The translations under genes were made by a program, and so were the position numbers. From positions 143,036,001 to 143,100,000 of the forward strand of contig CM059431.1 of assembly GCA_030390025.1 (NCBI GenBank): a stretch of DNA of 64,000 nucleotides. The letters run 5' to 3'. The DNA is from Squalus acanthias. Its lineage: Eukaryota. Of the stretch, positions 1 to 13,480 are shown piece after piece (the first letter of the stretch is position 1; each line of letters begins with the position of its first letter). Under the pieces are notes generated by a model that saw nothing but the letters and a program-made list of their open reading frames with translations, did not search any database and had not been told where the DNA came from.

Positions 1-279
1 ACCAGAAGTTGAATATTACTTTTCATGTTAACAATCCTATGACAAACACACAAAGATCACAGGAATATCGGGGACCTGAATGTGTGCGAGATACTGCTCC
101 TAATCCAGTCGATAAGGTGGACCATGTCGAGCTGTTTCACCTTGTCCAGAACAATAGAACCGAAGGACACGACGTGAGATTGAAGAGGGTAAAGTCAAAA
201 CTAATCTGTGGAAACATTATTTCAGTGATCGACTGTCTATCTATGGAACAGGCTTCCTTGCTAATCTTCATAATTAAAA

Positions 280-700
280 CTAGAGGACAGGGGAGTTCAG
301 GGGAACACGGGCAGCAACATTAGAAATAGAATAAAGGGAAATTCAGGGGAACACTGTAAATGTTTAATTAGAAATAGAGGACAGGGGAATATGGCAACTG
401 ATGTTAGAAATAAGGACCAGTGGAAAACTTCATTTAGAAGTAGGGGACAGGGGAAGACAGCAAATGTTCAATTAGAAATAGAGGACAAGGGAATTCAGGG
501 TAATAATCTAACTGTCTAATTAGAAATAGAATAAAAGGAGACATGGGGTAACACAGTAAATAACTGCTTTTTTAGAACTAGGGGACTGGGGAGACAGTAA
601 CTGTTTATTTAGAAATAGAGGAGACGGGAATGTCAGGAAAACACAGTAACTGTTCAAGGGAACACAACAACTGGTTAATTAGAAACGGGGGACGGGGAAT
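280..700. repeat. Degenerate purine-rich tandem repeat (aattagaaatagaggacagggga... units)
   Basis: Recurrent 'ttaattagaaatag' motif every ~40-50 bp; paralogous array at ~37480-38030. Confidence 0.65.
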
Positions 701-3360
701 GACAACCACATCAGATTGAATGTGACCCGGTAATGTAATGGTTAATTATTCATGCCTTTGCTTTTTATTTTACATGTTATTTTTGGATGATGTGTTTGAT
801 TACACATCCCCTTCTCAGGATTGTATCTGGGTTCAGAACATCGCTGACTGTTGGAATTAAAACCTCTGCCTGCTGCCTGACTCCTGCCTTAAATACGGTT
901 GGCCGTCTGAATCCAGCTAAATGAGAATGTGTCTCTTAAACAGAACTGCCCGCAGCTAATGAGCAATTTCCCAGAAGGTGGACGCCAGCCGGACTAGCAG
1001 AGCCCGGGCTCCAGGGGGCCCTGTAAACAAGAGAACTTCGGTTTTGGAGAACGTCTTGTCAAGTGGAACGTTATAGAGTAATGGGTAAAGCTGAGTTTAA
1101 GTCACAATTAATAAATGAAGCCCATTCACAATTAAAGTACAAAGGCTATTGTCACCATAAGCTTTTCAATAATGTTCTTGAACATTGGAGTGAGGTGTCA
1201 TCGGTTTATTAAGCACATAATACATGTAATAGTACTTACACACACACTCAAAAGGTAAAACATAGAACCACACCTGATGATGGTTGGTGTGGAGACCGAA
1301 AGATGTCACAGTCCTGAGCTCAATATCTTAGACTTTTACGAAAACGAATAATCATTCAAAACTGTTAGTTTTTATAAATTTTTCTCACTCTCGTTACATG
1401 AAAATCCTCAAAATTCTGCATTCCACAATTATATCAAAGTTTAAACGTAAGGGCAATTCAATTGATTTATCTGAAAGATAATTTCACTCATATGATTGCA
1501 ATGGTACCAAGTGAAACCTTTAATAGTGAGACTGTCTGTCTCTGTATCTAAAGTACTATGTGAAAATGATGATGGATGTCCAGATGTTTTCCTTTGCAAA
1601 ACTAACTCTCTTCCCAAACAGTTAGCAAAGGAAGAAAGTTCCCTGAAATTGATGAATCTGTTCGCAATGATATGTGTTTAATTAAATAGCGTATTACTTC
1701 ATCCTGAAACTGACCATTGTTGCAGGGTCAGCTCTGGCCCATTAGCCAAGTGGTACTTTAAATACACTTGTACTTCCTGCTTCACAGGAAAATGCTAAAG
1801 ATTAACATTACTACAATAGAAAAAAAAAAGAGAAACCAACACAGTATAATATTAGTGGAAGTTAGGCTAGGCTGATTAACCCTTTCCTTACAGCGACATC
1901 TTTGTTGACGTTAGAGTATTTCAGGTCAACACTAAACAATATCTCCTCAGCATCATAGATTTATCTCGGTCTATTCTATTGCTGGGATCTCCATCCATTG
2001 GTTTTACACATGTTCTTACTCTCCAGAGACATATTAACCATTTCATGTAGTGTTGTTGTCTGCGTGACTGACAATGTTTTGGATCCGTTCTCCAGAGTAA
2101 CTTCATCACGCATAGAGCATGCTGGTTGCTTCATGCACAACGCGTCACTTCTGCAAACACAGCGATATCCCAGGATCTTACAGTGCCAGACATCCGATAC
2201 AAGCCATTCCTGCCCCTTCTGACGATCTATCGATGGATCGGGGGTCGGTCGGTGTTTGATTAGGACCGCCCTTGCATGGTCCCGATGTTTCGCATATTTT
2301 CCAGGCTATCAAGTATATTATTTTCTTTCTTCTTCTAAAGCATGGACACAAACATCTCCAAGAGAAAGCTAGCAATGAACCAACTTCATTACAGTGTCCA
2401 GACTTTCACTAGATTGTGCATTGATACCAAACTCATATCTTTTGGTGAGTCGTACCCAGGTGGTTTACATTGAGAAGGGATGGGACAGGATAGATGGAAG
2501 CGAAACCTTCCGTTAGTTGAAGGGTAAAGAACTAACGGCCAGAGATAAAATGATAAATGTAAGAGATTTAGAACTAACGGTAGGAGAAGCCTCTTTACAT
2601 GTAGTGTTGTGAGACTGTGGATATAATGGAGGCAGAAGTTATATCAATATTGAAGAATAAATTGCAAATGTGGGTGAATATATATAGGTTGAAGGGATAT
2701 TGAGACCGTGTGGGTGAAGTCATTGGAACTATTTGCTCGGGTGGAGGATAAAAGTAGACAAGGACGGCTTGGGTGGAATGGACTGTTATAACATTCCAAC
2801 ATTGTGATGAACAGTTGAGATTTTCAGTAAATATCTCTGAACAAAGATGTCTAATGTCACATTGACGAGTCAAGTTCCTACTGTCTCCATCATCAGACAC
2901 TGGTCAGGAGACAGGGCCCCGTTCTATTGGTCCAGGAGACAATGGGGGGCGGAGTCTGATGGGGAGACCAGCGCCTGCAACATTCACACCAAGATTACAG
3001 AATTACAGATAACCACCATTGTAACACATTGTTTCTCCACTAAAAGAAACTGTATCTGTTAATTAAACAGGGGCGTCTCATTCCAGTACCTGCGGTGTGA
3101 GGTAGTTAACGCTGACGCCCACATGTTCTACTCCACTGCTGAAGCTCAGTCTTGACTGTTCTCTTTGAATCTTGAGCGGCAAGTGCGCTGTTTTAGCAGG
3201 AAACGATTATGTTCACCCGGGGAAAGCATCAGACATAAAACACACGGCACAAAGTGGAAGAAGTGTTTTCTGATACCTGTTCATTCTCACAACAACAATC
3301 TGCTTTCGTCGTAACAGAAAGACAGAGTTTCAAAAATAGAAAACGCGCTATAATTTAACT

Positions 3361-4292
3361 CTAGTTAGGACAGGAAGCTTTGGTTTGACTTTTCATTTTT
3401 TTAACCAACATCAGAATCAATATCCAAGGAGATTTCACCACCTTCTTCAGCTCTTCCCTGAATTTAGTTTGTGTAGCTGCATAAATACAAGTGTTTGTAC
3501 AAGAACTCAAATACATGAGCATATATCCGGTTAGAGTGGCGATGTAAGCAGGCGATATGTAATCGCCTCGGTGAAGCACGGCCAGGTTGTTAACTATAAA
3601 ACTCACGGCAGACGTCAGCCACAACAATACAAAACTGCCCGATACTGTGAACAGTAAAATTATGGATTTCCTTCGGTTCTCCATCTCTGGATCGCTCTCA
3701 TTGTCACTGCTGTGACCCCGGAGACCTTTCCGGGCTCTACTGGCCACTAAAATACGCCTGACTGTCAAACAGTTAAGCAGTATTATCAAAACAAAAGGAA
3801 GCCACGTAATGAAAATATTTTCTAACCGGAAGTACGCTGCACCGGCAGGCGATGAAAAAAAGGCCTCACTGGGGCGGAAACCCCAGGAAACATTGTTGAT
3901 TATTTGTTTGTGTTCATATGCAAACCAAAATGGGATGTTCTCTAAATAAACCAGGATAGAGACCGTTGTTATAACCGCGGCCGCAGTTCTCACTGTGCAG
4001 TACTTTGTTTTAAACTTCTGACAACATATAGCTACAAATCGGTCAAATGTGAAGGAGACGGTAAACCACACCGACATATCCAGGTTGGCACTACACATAT
4101 ACATCATGAACTTACAAACGGCAGTGTAGGACAGGAATGAATCTGGGAAGTTTTTACTCAAAATGTGATATAGGATTACATTGATGATCATGACCAGTAG
4201 ATCTGCTGTTGCCATGGCCACCATGTAGACAGAGATGCATTTGGAAAGGCCGCATTTTCCTCTGGAGAGAATCACCATTGTCAATAGATTCG
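3361..4292 (-). CDS. GPR139/GPR142-like class A GPCR, gene 1, coding exon 2
   Basis: 7TM pattern: ANLLT (TM1), MATADLLV (TM2), FTFDRFVAICC (DRY-like), SSCTNTCIY (NPxxY-like); acceptor ttcttacag|CG at 4293; spliced CDS 1002 nt (333 aa). Confidence 0.9.
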
Positions 4293-4744
4293 CTGTAAGA
4301 AAGAGGGACAAGAGTAAGTAATGGGGAAACTCGGATAAATCTAACATCGTATTGTGGGGAAATGAACCGATGTGTTACTACTGAAGGTTATGCACAAATT
4401 ATTATACAGACGAACATTGACAAAAGACGTTTTCAAACGAAAGTAATCATTAAACACTCAATATCGAGGGACTGAGAAGGCGCCGTCCTTCCAGCACACT
4501 TCAGTCAGACTGTGTCAAGTTGGTGGGTACGGGTGGGTGCTGGGAGGGTCGCTCGTATTCAGTATCAGCAATGGTAACGGATAGCGACCTGAACACCACC
4601 GACACCCAGGCACTGATGGCTGAACGGAGGGGAATTTTGACTTTGGGCGACCGTGTAAAACGGGCAACAATGGATCAGCCGACCATGATTCTTCTCTTCC
4701 GACTGAATCTCCATCGCTATCGCCACTGACACTATATTCATGCA

Positions 4745-4835
4745 TGAAAAGAGAAAATTCTGTAAATACTCAGCAGGACAAGCATTATCTGTGGAGAGGA
4801 AGACAAAGTTTACGTTAAACCCTTTCGTTAGAAAT
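4745..4835 (-). mobile_element. Degenerate Penelope-like terminal repeat fragment (same family as 32892 and 45245)
   Basis: Reverse complement reads ttctaacgaaaggg..aacgtaaactttgtcttcctctccacagata..cctgctgagtattt. Confidence 0.45.
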
Positions 4836-5782
4836 CCATTGAGGCTCCATTCAGACTTTAACGTTGTGGTCCAGGTCAAGCCACAGTACCTCGCAGGGAC
4901 GGTATAGTTACAGATTAAAGTCCCTTAAAAGGCAACCTTGAATGGTTCTGTAACTTGTTAATTTTCACAGTCAATAAAGAAGCGGATTGCCTTACATACA
5001 CCCAAACACGCATTCCATTGCAGTGTGGAGCGCTGAAACCATCCCGCCATGAGGCTGGTACCATGTGAGGCACCGAGCCGTTTTGATGAGTTACTTCAGC
5101 GGCCGCAGGGAGCAATCGATGGAATTTTACATTTAATCTCATCGGTTTAATTGGCGAGGGGGATCTCGGGAGCGGCATCAGATGTCAGCTCTATTCAATA
5201 TATTTTAAACACAATTACTGGAAAGATATGAATTCAAATAATACATTCAGCTGAGATGCAAACATTCGATGCAGGTCGAAACTCTGCGCTTTTTCTATTT
5301 ATTATGGCCCCGAGGAAGCTGCTCGGTAACAGAGCGGGAGCTGGTGGAGCCGCGAAGGTTCTTTACAGCCGAGGGGAGGGGGGCAGCTCCCTGAGAGGAA
5401 CTTATTGCTCTAAATATCTTTCACAGTCCTCTGATGGGTGGAGGTGGCTGCAGTGCAAGGAATTTCAACTTAAAGTAGACAGGAAACAACGGTACAGATG
5501 AAATGATTACCATGGACACTAAGCAGCACATTCTTTTGTGATCTATGCACTATCTGAGGGGCCGGGGAATCAGCCTCGCCCTCCCTCAGTATAGGAAGCA
5601 AGGTTGAGCAAGCAACGACCAGAACAGCGCCTCAGCGGCCGCGTGGACTGGTAGAATTCCCGCTGATTTTCACCGACTTATCCCGGTGGACAAATGACTC
5701 TGCAATGAGGACATGCTCGGAATATGTTACAGTAACACTGAGATAATCAACAGGTATTAGACAACAGAATACATTAACTTAC

Positions 5783-5852
5783 CGGGAGCCCCAAAGGTTG
5801 CGAGAACTGGGTAGTAAATGTTCTTTATCTGTAGAATTGTTGGCAGTTCCAT
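5783..5852 (-). CDS. GPR139-like gene 1, coding exon 1 (MELPTILQIKNIYYPVLATFGAP)
   Basis: ATG at 5852, phase-1 donor G|gtaagt at 5782; joins exon 2 as GCG (Ala); homologous to exon at 43028-43097. Confidence 0.88.
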
Positions 5853-5927
5853 TTTCAAAACTGTGCGAAATCTTTCCAGCTTTACGGTTCGGACTGGAGT
5901 GCATCTGATTTCGGTAAATACTCCTCA

Positions 5928-5933
5928 TTTATA
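5928..5933 (-). promoter_or_regulatory. Putative TATA box of GPCR gene 1
   Basis: TATAAA ~80 nt upstream of the ATG, at the same position as in gene 2 (43176-43181). Confidence 0.5.
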
Positions 5934-6229
5934 GAACAATCGGTGCCCCGGTCAGAAAAAAAACATGTTACACAATAAGTAGCGTTAGTTACAGTCACTT
6001 AACAAACAAGGGGCGATTTTCCACTTCAGTGCGCCCCGGCCCGCAGTGGGAAAATTGTACGGAAAGTAATCCCAGAGGGAATGTGCCCTGCGCATGGTCC
6101 CTTGACGCTGAATGGAAAATCCCTCCTGGACTCTGCGTTAGGCTCTTGAGGTTTCAAATCCATTCGCTGAAAATCTTACTCATCCATGGCTTAAGCTAAA
6201 TTTGTTTTTTTACTGTAATGATACCTAGT

Positions 6230-8770
6230 GATGACTCCTCTTTAACATTGATGGTGGTGACCCTACTCTAATATTACGGGTGATTATGCTACGCTGACTT
6301 TAATGCTGGTGATCCTATTCTACCGTTAGTGGTTTTGATCCAATTCTAACATTACTGGTGGTGATTATAATCTAAAATTACCTCTGGTCACCCAACACAA
6401 ACAAAATGGTGAGGACACATTCTAACATTATTGCTGGTAAAGTTACTCTAAAATTACTGATGTTGATCCTACTTGTAATTACTGGGGATGAACCTACTCC
6501 AACATAATTGTGGTGACCATACTCTAAGATTAATGGTCTTTGGCCCTACTCCAACATTACTGGTGGTGACACTACACTAACATTAACGGTGGTGACTCTA
6601 CTCTAAGATTAGTGGTGGTCACCCTAGTCTAACATTACTGGCCGTGAACCTAGCTAACATTCGAGAAAGTGACCCTACTGTAATATTACTGGTGGGGGGT
6701 CTACGCTATTTAATATTGGTAGTGACTCTACTCTAATATTAATGGTGGTGACACTACTCTAACATTACTGGTGGTGACCCTACTCTAACATTACCGGTGG
6801 TGACCCTACATTATCATTAATGGTGGTGACAGTAATCTAACATTACTGGTGGTGACCCTACTCTATCCTGACTGGTGGTGACCCTACTCTAACATTACTG
6901 CTGGTGAACCTACTCTAACATTACTGGTGGTGACCCTACACTAACATTAATGGCGGTGACCCTCCTCTAACATTACTGATGGTCACCCTACTCTAACGTT
7001 ACAGGTGGTGAGCCTACACTAATATTAATGGCGATGACCCTCCTCTGAAATTACTGATGGTGACACTACACTAACATTACTGGTGGTGACCCTGCCCTAA
7101 CATTAATGGTGTTGAGTCTACTCTAACATTGCTGCTGGTGACCCGAATCTAACATTAATGGTGCTGACCCTGCTCTAACATTACTAGTGGTGACCCGAAT
7201 CTAACATTAATGGTGGTGACCCTTCTCTAACATTAATGGTGGTGACCCTGCTCTAACATTACTGTTGGTGACTCCACTCTAACATTACTGGTGGTGACAC
7301 TTCTTTAACATTTCTGGTGGTGTATCTACTCTAACATTATTGGTAGTGACTTTACTCTTTATTAGTAGTGGTGACCCGACTATAACATTAATGGGGGTGA
7401 CTCTACTCTAATATTAATGGTGGTGACCGGACTCTAATATTACTGGAGGTGACCCTACACTAACATTACTGCCGTTGACCCTACTCTAACATTACTGGTG
7501 GTGACTCTACTATAACATTTCTGGTGGTGACCCGACTCTAACATCACTGGAGATGACCCTACTCTAACATTACTGGTGGTGACCCTACACTACAATTGCA
7601 GGTGGTGACTCTACTCTAACATAACTGCTGGTGACCATACTCTAACATTACTGGTGGTGACCCTACTCTAACATTACTGGTGGTATCCCTACGCTAACAT
7701 TACTGGTGATGACGCTAATATGATATTACTGGTGGTGACCCTACTCTACAATTTTGGTGGTGGCTCTACTCTAACATGACTGCTGGTGACCCTACTCTAA
7801 CATTACTGGTGGTGACACTACTCTAACCTTACTGCTGATGACGCTACTCTAACATTACTGTGGGTGACCCTACACAAACATTACTGTTGGTAACTCTACT
7901 CTAACCTTACTGGTGGTCACTCTACTCTAACAGTACTGGTGGTGACACTACTCTAACCTTACTGCTGATGACTTACTCTAACATTATTGTGGGTTACCCT
8001 ACTCTAACATTACTGGTGATGACCCGACTCCAGCATGACTGGTGCTGACCCTACTCCACAATTACAGGTGGTGACTCTACTCTAACATTACTGGTGGTGA
8101 CACTATTCTAACCTTACTGCTGATGACCCTATTCTACCATTACTGTGGGTGACCCTACACTTACATTACTGGTGGTGACTCTACTCTAACATTACTGGTG
8201 GTGACACTACTCTAACCTTACTGCTGATGACTTACTCTAACATTACTGTGGGTTACCCTACTCTAACATTACTGGTGATGACCCGACTCTAACATGACTG
8301 GTGCTGACCCTACTCCACAATTACAGGTGGTGACTCTACTCTAACATTACTGGTGGTGACACTATTCTAACCTTACTGCTGATGACCCTATTCTACCATT
8401 ACTGTGGGTGACCCTACACTTACATTACTGGTGGTGACTCTACTCTAACATTACTGGTGGTGACTCTACTCTAACATTACTGGTGATCACTCTACTCAAA
8501 CATTCTAGTCGGTGACCCTATTCTAACATTACTGGTGGTGACCCTACTCTAGCATTACTGATGGTGACTCTACTATAACATTATTGGTGGTTGCCCTGCT
8601 CTTACATTACTGTTGGTGACACGACTCTAACATTACTGGTGGTGATTCTACTCTAACATTACTGGTATTGACCCGACTCTAACATTACTGGTGGTGACCC
8701 TACTCTATCATTACTGTTGGTGATCTTATGCTAACATTACTGGTAGTGAACCGACTCTAACATTGCTCTA
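6230..8770. repeat. 26-bp minisatellite (ctactctaacattactggtggtgacc)n
   Basis: Roughly 95 head-to-tail diverged units with no spacers. Confidence 0.95.
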
Positions 8771-9164
8771 ACAGACAATCTTAAGTTTAACGTGCCCTAA
8801 GTTTCCTGAGTTCTATTTTCCTGCTTTCTATATTTACTGTGTCCTTTTCTCTGCAATTATTGTTTCCTATTATTCTGGTTTCACTTTTTCCTCGTGCTTA
8901 CTGTATCCTAAGTTTCCTTATTCGTGTTCCCTGTGTTTCCTTTGCTTCCTGTGATAGCTCAAATCCAAAGAAAGTTTGAGGGAACCAAAATGCTAATTCA
9001 AAGGGAGCAACACGTACCCCCAAATAAACAGGGTCTCCTAAGACAGAATTACATAAATATTACAACATGGAATCGGCCCAACCATTCCGTATAGTTGATA
9101 ATTCACTCCAATTTAAATGTGCCCACCTGGTTCCCATATCACTTTATCCCACTTTACCTTTTTT

Positions 9165-9450
9165 ATTCGTTTATTGAATGTGAGCCTCGCTGGCAAGGCC
9201 TACATTTATTGCTCATTCCTAATTTCCCTTGTGAATGTGCTGGTGAGCCGCCTTCTTGAACCGCTGCAGTCCGTGTGGTGAAGGTACTCCCAAACTGCTG
9301 TTAGGTAGGAAGTTCCAGGATTTTCACCAAGCGATGATGAAGGATCGGCGATACACTTCTAAGTCAGGATGGTGTGTGACTAGGAGGGGAATAGGGAGGT
9401 GTTGGTTTTCCCGTGCGCCTGCTGCCCTAGGTGGAAGATATCGTGGGTTC
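9165..9450 (-). mobile_element. LINE 3' fragment (same family as 47020-47870)
   Basis: gctggcaaggcc..catttattgctcattcctaatt..gagccgccttcttgaaccgctgcagtcc also present at ~47040-47125. Confidence 0.6.
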
Positions 9451-9574
9451 AAACACCTATCTAATCTATTCATAACCGTTGACATTTTTAAACATCATTC
9501 AGTGATGTTGCCAGTTACTTATCATCAAAATGCCATGAGAAGGTGATTTGAATCAACAATCTAGGTTGCCGGAG

Positions 9575-9890
9575 ACTTCCCGACGGGACGTTAAATCGAT
9601 GCCTTCTCTGACCTCTTGGGTGGACGTTAAAGATCCCATGGCACTATTGAGAAGAAGAGCACTGGAATTCTCCCCGGCGATCTCGCCTATATTTAACCTC
9701 AAACAACAACATTTAGCAGATTATCTGGTGATCATTACAGTGTGGGAGTATGCTGTGCCCTAATTGGCTACCACATGTATTGCACTACAACAGTGACCGC
9801 TCCTCACAAGCACTAAATTGGCTGTAAATTGCTTCGTGATATCCTGAGCTGGTGAAAGCCGCTCTATCAATTCAAGGCTTCCTTTGATAA
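9575..9890 (+). mobile_element. DeuSINE (SacSINE1-like) body and L2-type tail, degenerate
   Basis: aaagatcccatggcactatt..gaagagc..ttctccccgg..agattatctggt..cactacaacagtgac..aattggctgtaaa; recalled Deu-domain consensus. Confidence 0.65.
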
Positions 9891-11717
9891 GCATATAACA
9901 CAAAACTGGTCTCGGATTGTGCAGTACAGATTAAGCAGTGAGCATTTGAGGAATGGTGACGTGGTTGAGGAGAGCGGGTACACTGAGCGCTGTGCAGCAG
10001 CAAACAAACACGCAGAGGACTCAGCTACAACGCCCAATAAACATGTATTTCAGGCTCTAATGCTGCAGCAATCATGTGCTCCAGTCAGGACTGACCCTGG
10101 GTATTGACCTTATTTCTGGTCACTAATGTACAAATGTAGCATCCACTCCTGGGAGCGCGGTAGCGGGAGGCCGCTAGGCCGCGATCCAGTGTCAGAGAGC
10201 TCGACTACGAGGAAAGTGCAGCGAAAAGTCACACTGTTAAAACTTAATGGCGGTGCAAGACCATAGAAAGATAGGAAAAGACCAGCTGGCACAACAATCC
10301 TGCTCCCCACAGGCTTGTAGCATCAGGGCTTTCTACCTCCATGTGATCTCCTGGGAGCGATAAGATACTAGGAAAGGAAGAGGGCCAATATCGGGAGAAA
10401 ATCCTCTCCGACATTATCAGGCGATTGAGACATGTCCAATAGATCACAGTGGCCATGCGCACGTTAATATGTAAACCATTTACATTTAATATGAGGCGAT
10501 CTCTGGCCCAGCCAGGACCAGTCCAGCTCCCTGCTGAAGGGATGCAGAGAGTCAGCACACACCGCACAAACTGGCAACGCAATCCAAACGTTCACTACTC
10601 TCTGGGAAAGCCCAGCATCCAGCCGATTCCTACGCAAGTGTAATTTAAATTCGTGTTCCCTGGTTCTCTCCATTCTCTCAAACTATAATAACCTGTCAAT
10701 AGACATTCTATCCATGGCTTACATTAATTTATATAACTCTAAGGTCGCCTCTAAGACTGTGGACCTGTTGAGTTAGGCAAGGTACGAGGGGTGGTAAACA
10801 AGGATTATCTTAATCAGGTTTAAGGGTAGAGAGCGGTAAAGGACCATGTGTCAATGCTTCATACTTGTGCTGACTGATCACTGAATTGATATTCTGGGTC
10901 GGGATGGGCGGAAGACTGTTGAACCGTTCAAGGAGCAGCTCGAGGCGGTGATGGGATTGTGGGTCCCAGTGGATAGATCTGCTCGATGGACCGAACGTTA
11001 TGCCTCATTCGCACTTATCTGAGTGAACCAGGGCTTCGCCAGAGTTGTGAGCGCACAAGGAAGAGGTTGAACATTAACTAGAGGATCGGTAGTTAGTGGC
11101 GCTAAGCGGTTAACAAGGGGCTTGAATATAACTAGTTAATGAATAAGGCAGCACCTCTAAGGATTAGCGATATTTTTATTTTAGTTTGATCTTATCTAGT
11201 TGTTGTTTTGGACAGAGGACTGAGCTGCATTAATAGATTAATAATATGTTTGTTATAGTTACTTTGAGACTGTACATGGAAGGTTTATTCGTGGATTGTA
11301 GTTTTGCTATTTCATTCGAAACCGAGAGTTTAACCAAGCCTGCAAATATAATAAGTTACTGAATTTGACATGGCAGTGAGGGGTGAATACATGTTTGGTT
11401 AAACTAACATTAAACAGAACATTGAGACCTTAACAACGGGTTCCGTTTTAACTACTTCAATTAAACAGAACACCAAGGGTGTTGACCCGAGCCAGCTTTT
11501 GGATTGGGTGGGCGGCGATTTAAAGATTCTGTTGGACAGGGGCCCAGAGGGATTAAACAGATGGTGTGAGCAGGCTCGCACACACGGTCTGTCACTCACA
11601 CGTGGACATAAAACTCCTGCTGCTTTACATAACGGGCCAGTACTATGGTCTGTTCATCTATGAGCCTGCTTGTCCCAGGCCAGGCTGAGGGATTCTGCGG
11701 AGCTCCCAGCACGATCA

Positions 11718-11831
11718 ATGTCAGGAAGGCTGAGGCTGCGATCCACTTCTAACCCATTGGAGAGTGTGACCTTCTCCATTAATTTGAAGATCCTCAGGGA
11801 AAGTCACTGCTGTACATCGACTCAAAGCACG
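11718..11831 (+). pseudogene. First coding exon of a dynamin/EHD/sarcalumenin-like P-loop GTPase pseudogene (1-nt frameshift ~11808)
   Basis: MSGR..KILRESH/(L)LYIDSKH followed by donor G|gtaaga; phase matches the exon at 13481. Confidence 0.6.
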
Positions 11832-11865
11832 GTAAGACCCTGGGGGCAAGCGTTTTGGGGACAGC

Positions 11866-12840
11866 ATTGAGATTTACAGAGTGAGGGAATGGGATGAGAT
11901 GTAAAGAGTGAGGGAATGGGAGTGAGATTTACGTATTGAGGGAATGGGAGTAAGATTTATAGATTGAGGGAAAGGGAGTGAGAAATACAGAGTGAGGGAA
12001 TGGGAGTGAGATTTATTGAGTAAGGGAATGTGAGTGAGATTTACAGAATGAGAGAAAGGGAGTGAGATTTAAAGATTGAGGGAATGGGAGTGAGATTTAC
12101 AGAGTGAGGGAATGGGAGTGAGATTTACAGAGTGAGGGAAATTGAGTTAGATTTACAGAGTGAGGGAGTGGGAGTGAGATTTACAGAGTGAGGGAATGGG
12201 AGTGAGATTTACAGAATGAGGGCATGGTATTAAGATTTACAAAGTGAGGGATAGAAGTGAGTTTTACAGAGTGAGATTTAGAGATTGAGGGAATGGGAGT
12301 GAGATTTACAGAGAGGGGGAATGGGAGTGAGATTTACAGATGGAGGGAATGGGAGTGAGATGTACAGACTGATTGAATGGGAGTGAGATTTACAGAGTGA
12401 GGGAATGGAGCGAGATTTACAGAGTGAGGGAATGGGAGTGAAATTTACAGAGTGAGGGCATGGGAGTGAGATTTACAGAGTGAAGGAATAGGAGTGAGAT
12501 TTACAGATTGTGGGAATGGGAGTGAGATTTACAGATTGAGGGTATGGGAGTGAGATTTGCAGAGTGAAGGAATAGGAGTGAGATTCACAGAGTGAGGGAT
12601 TGGGAGCGATATTTGCAGAGTGAGAGAACGGGAGTCAGATTTAGCAAGTGAGGCAATGGGAGTGAGATTTAGAGAGTGAGGGAATGGGAGTGAAATTTAC
12701 AGAGTGAGGGAATGAGAGTGAGATTTAGATAGTGAGAGATTGCGATTGTGGGTGAGACTCACCGAGTGAGAGAATGTGTCTGGCATCCATAAGTGAGGGA
12801 ATGGGAGTAGGAATGAGATTTACAGAGTGGGTGAATAGGA
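11866..12840. repeat. 28-bp minisatellite (gagatttacagagtgagggaatgggagt)n
   Basis: More than 30 tandem units, lying in the intron of the GTPase relic. Confidence 0.95.
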
Positions 12841-12989
12841 ATTACATTTAAAGATGTGGGGGTTTCAAGTGTAACCTTTGTGCAAGAGGGGATAGAGAGA
12901 TAAACCAGATAACGATAGACCAGTCCAACTATGGTCTCACTGACCGACTTTCAATGCTGTAGATAAAAATTGTAATTTCATGCGAAGCT

Positions 12990-13400
12990 GTAAACTGGGT
13001 GATATCGAATTAGATACGTACTATCCACCATGCTGGATTCTCCATTCTGAGGAAGTCAGTGGAAGGGAGAATCGGGCGGCGTGTATACTCAGCGGACAGT
13101 TCTCCATCGCCCGTGTTATGCCATCAACCAAACTTAAACTGAGCACTCTTTGATTATTCTGACAATCAACGTCTCATGTATATTAAGCAGGCATTTACTT
13201 TCTCTCTTTAATTTAGCTACATTCCCCATCCCAGTATCATTGTCTGAGGGCACTTTAGTTTCTGGTGATAATATGAAATGGGCAATATCGAATTGGCCTT
13301 CCATTGTTTTCAATGGGAAGGAAAATCGGGCGTGGTATAAAATGGGCGACTTATTGGATATATCCCATTTTACACCGTCGCCCAAAGTTAAAATCCCCCG
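12990..13400. mobile_element. Probable non-autonomous DNA element remnant
   Basis: Internal inverted motifs gggcgtggtataaaatggg / cccattttacaccgtcgccc. Confidence 0.4.
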
Positions 13401-13480
13401 TCTGTGTCACTTTCACGCACACACAACCCACAACGTTGCTGTTTCGACTGAGGTGATGAGAGACCCTCTGCTGTTGACAG

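Larger units (their letters stand above)
1..9450 (+). repeat. Segmental duplication copy A (GPCR cassette; paralogous to ~37208-47300)
   Basis: Collinear homology from accagaagtt..ttcatgttaacaatcctatgacaaaca (1 vs ~37209) through the GPCR gene, 26-bp minisatellite and a shared LINE 3' end (~9175 vs ~47030). Confidence 0.85.

Noticed and set aside
4293..4347. N-terminus of the ORF-track GPCR (MLDLSEF..; likewise 42271-42376)
   Set aside because: Intronic read-through past a splice acceptor; the true first exons are at 5783-5852 and 43028-43097
6230..8770. CRISPR-like array
   Set aside because: Head-to-tail 26-bp units with no unique spacers, no cas genes, vertebrate context; a minisatellite (same for 11866-12840 and 43520-47015)
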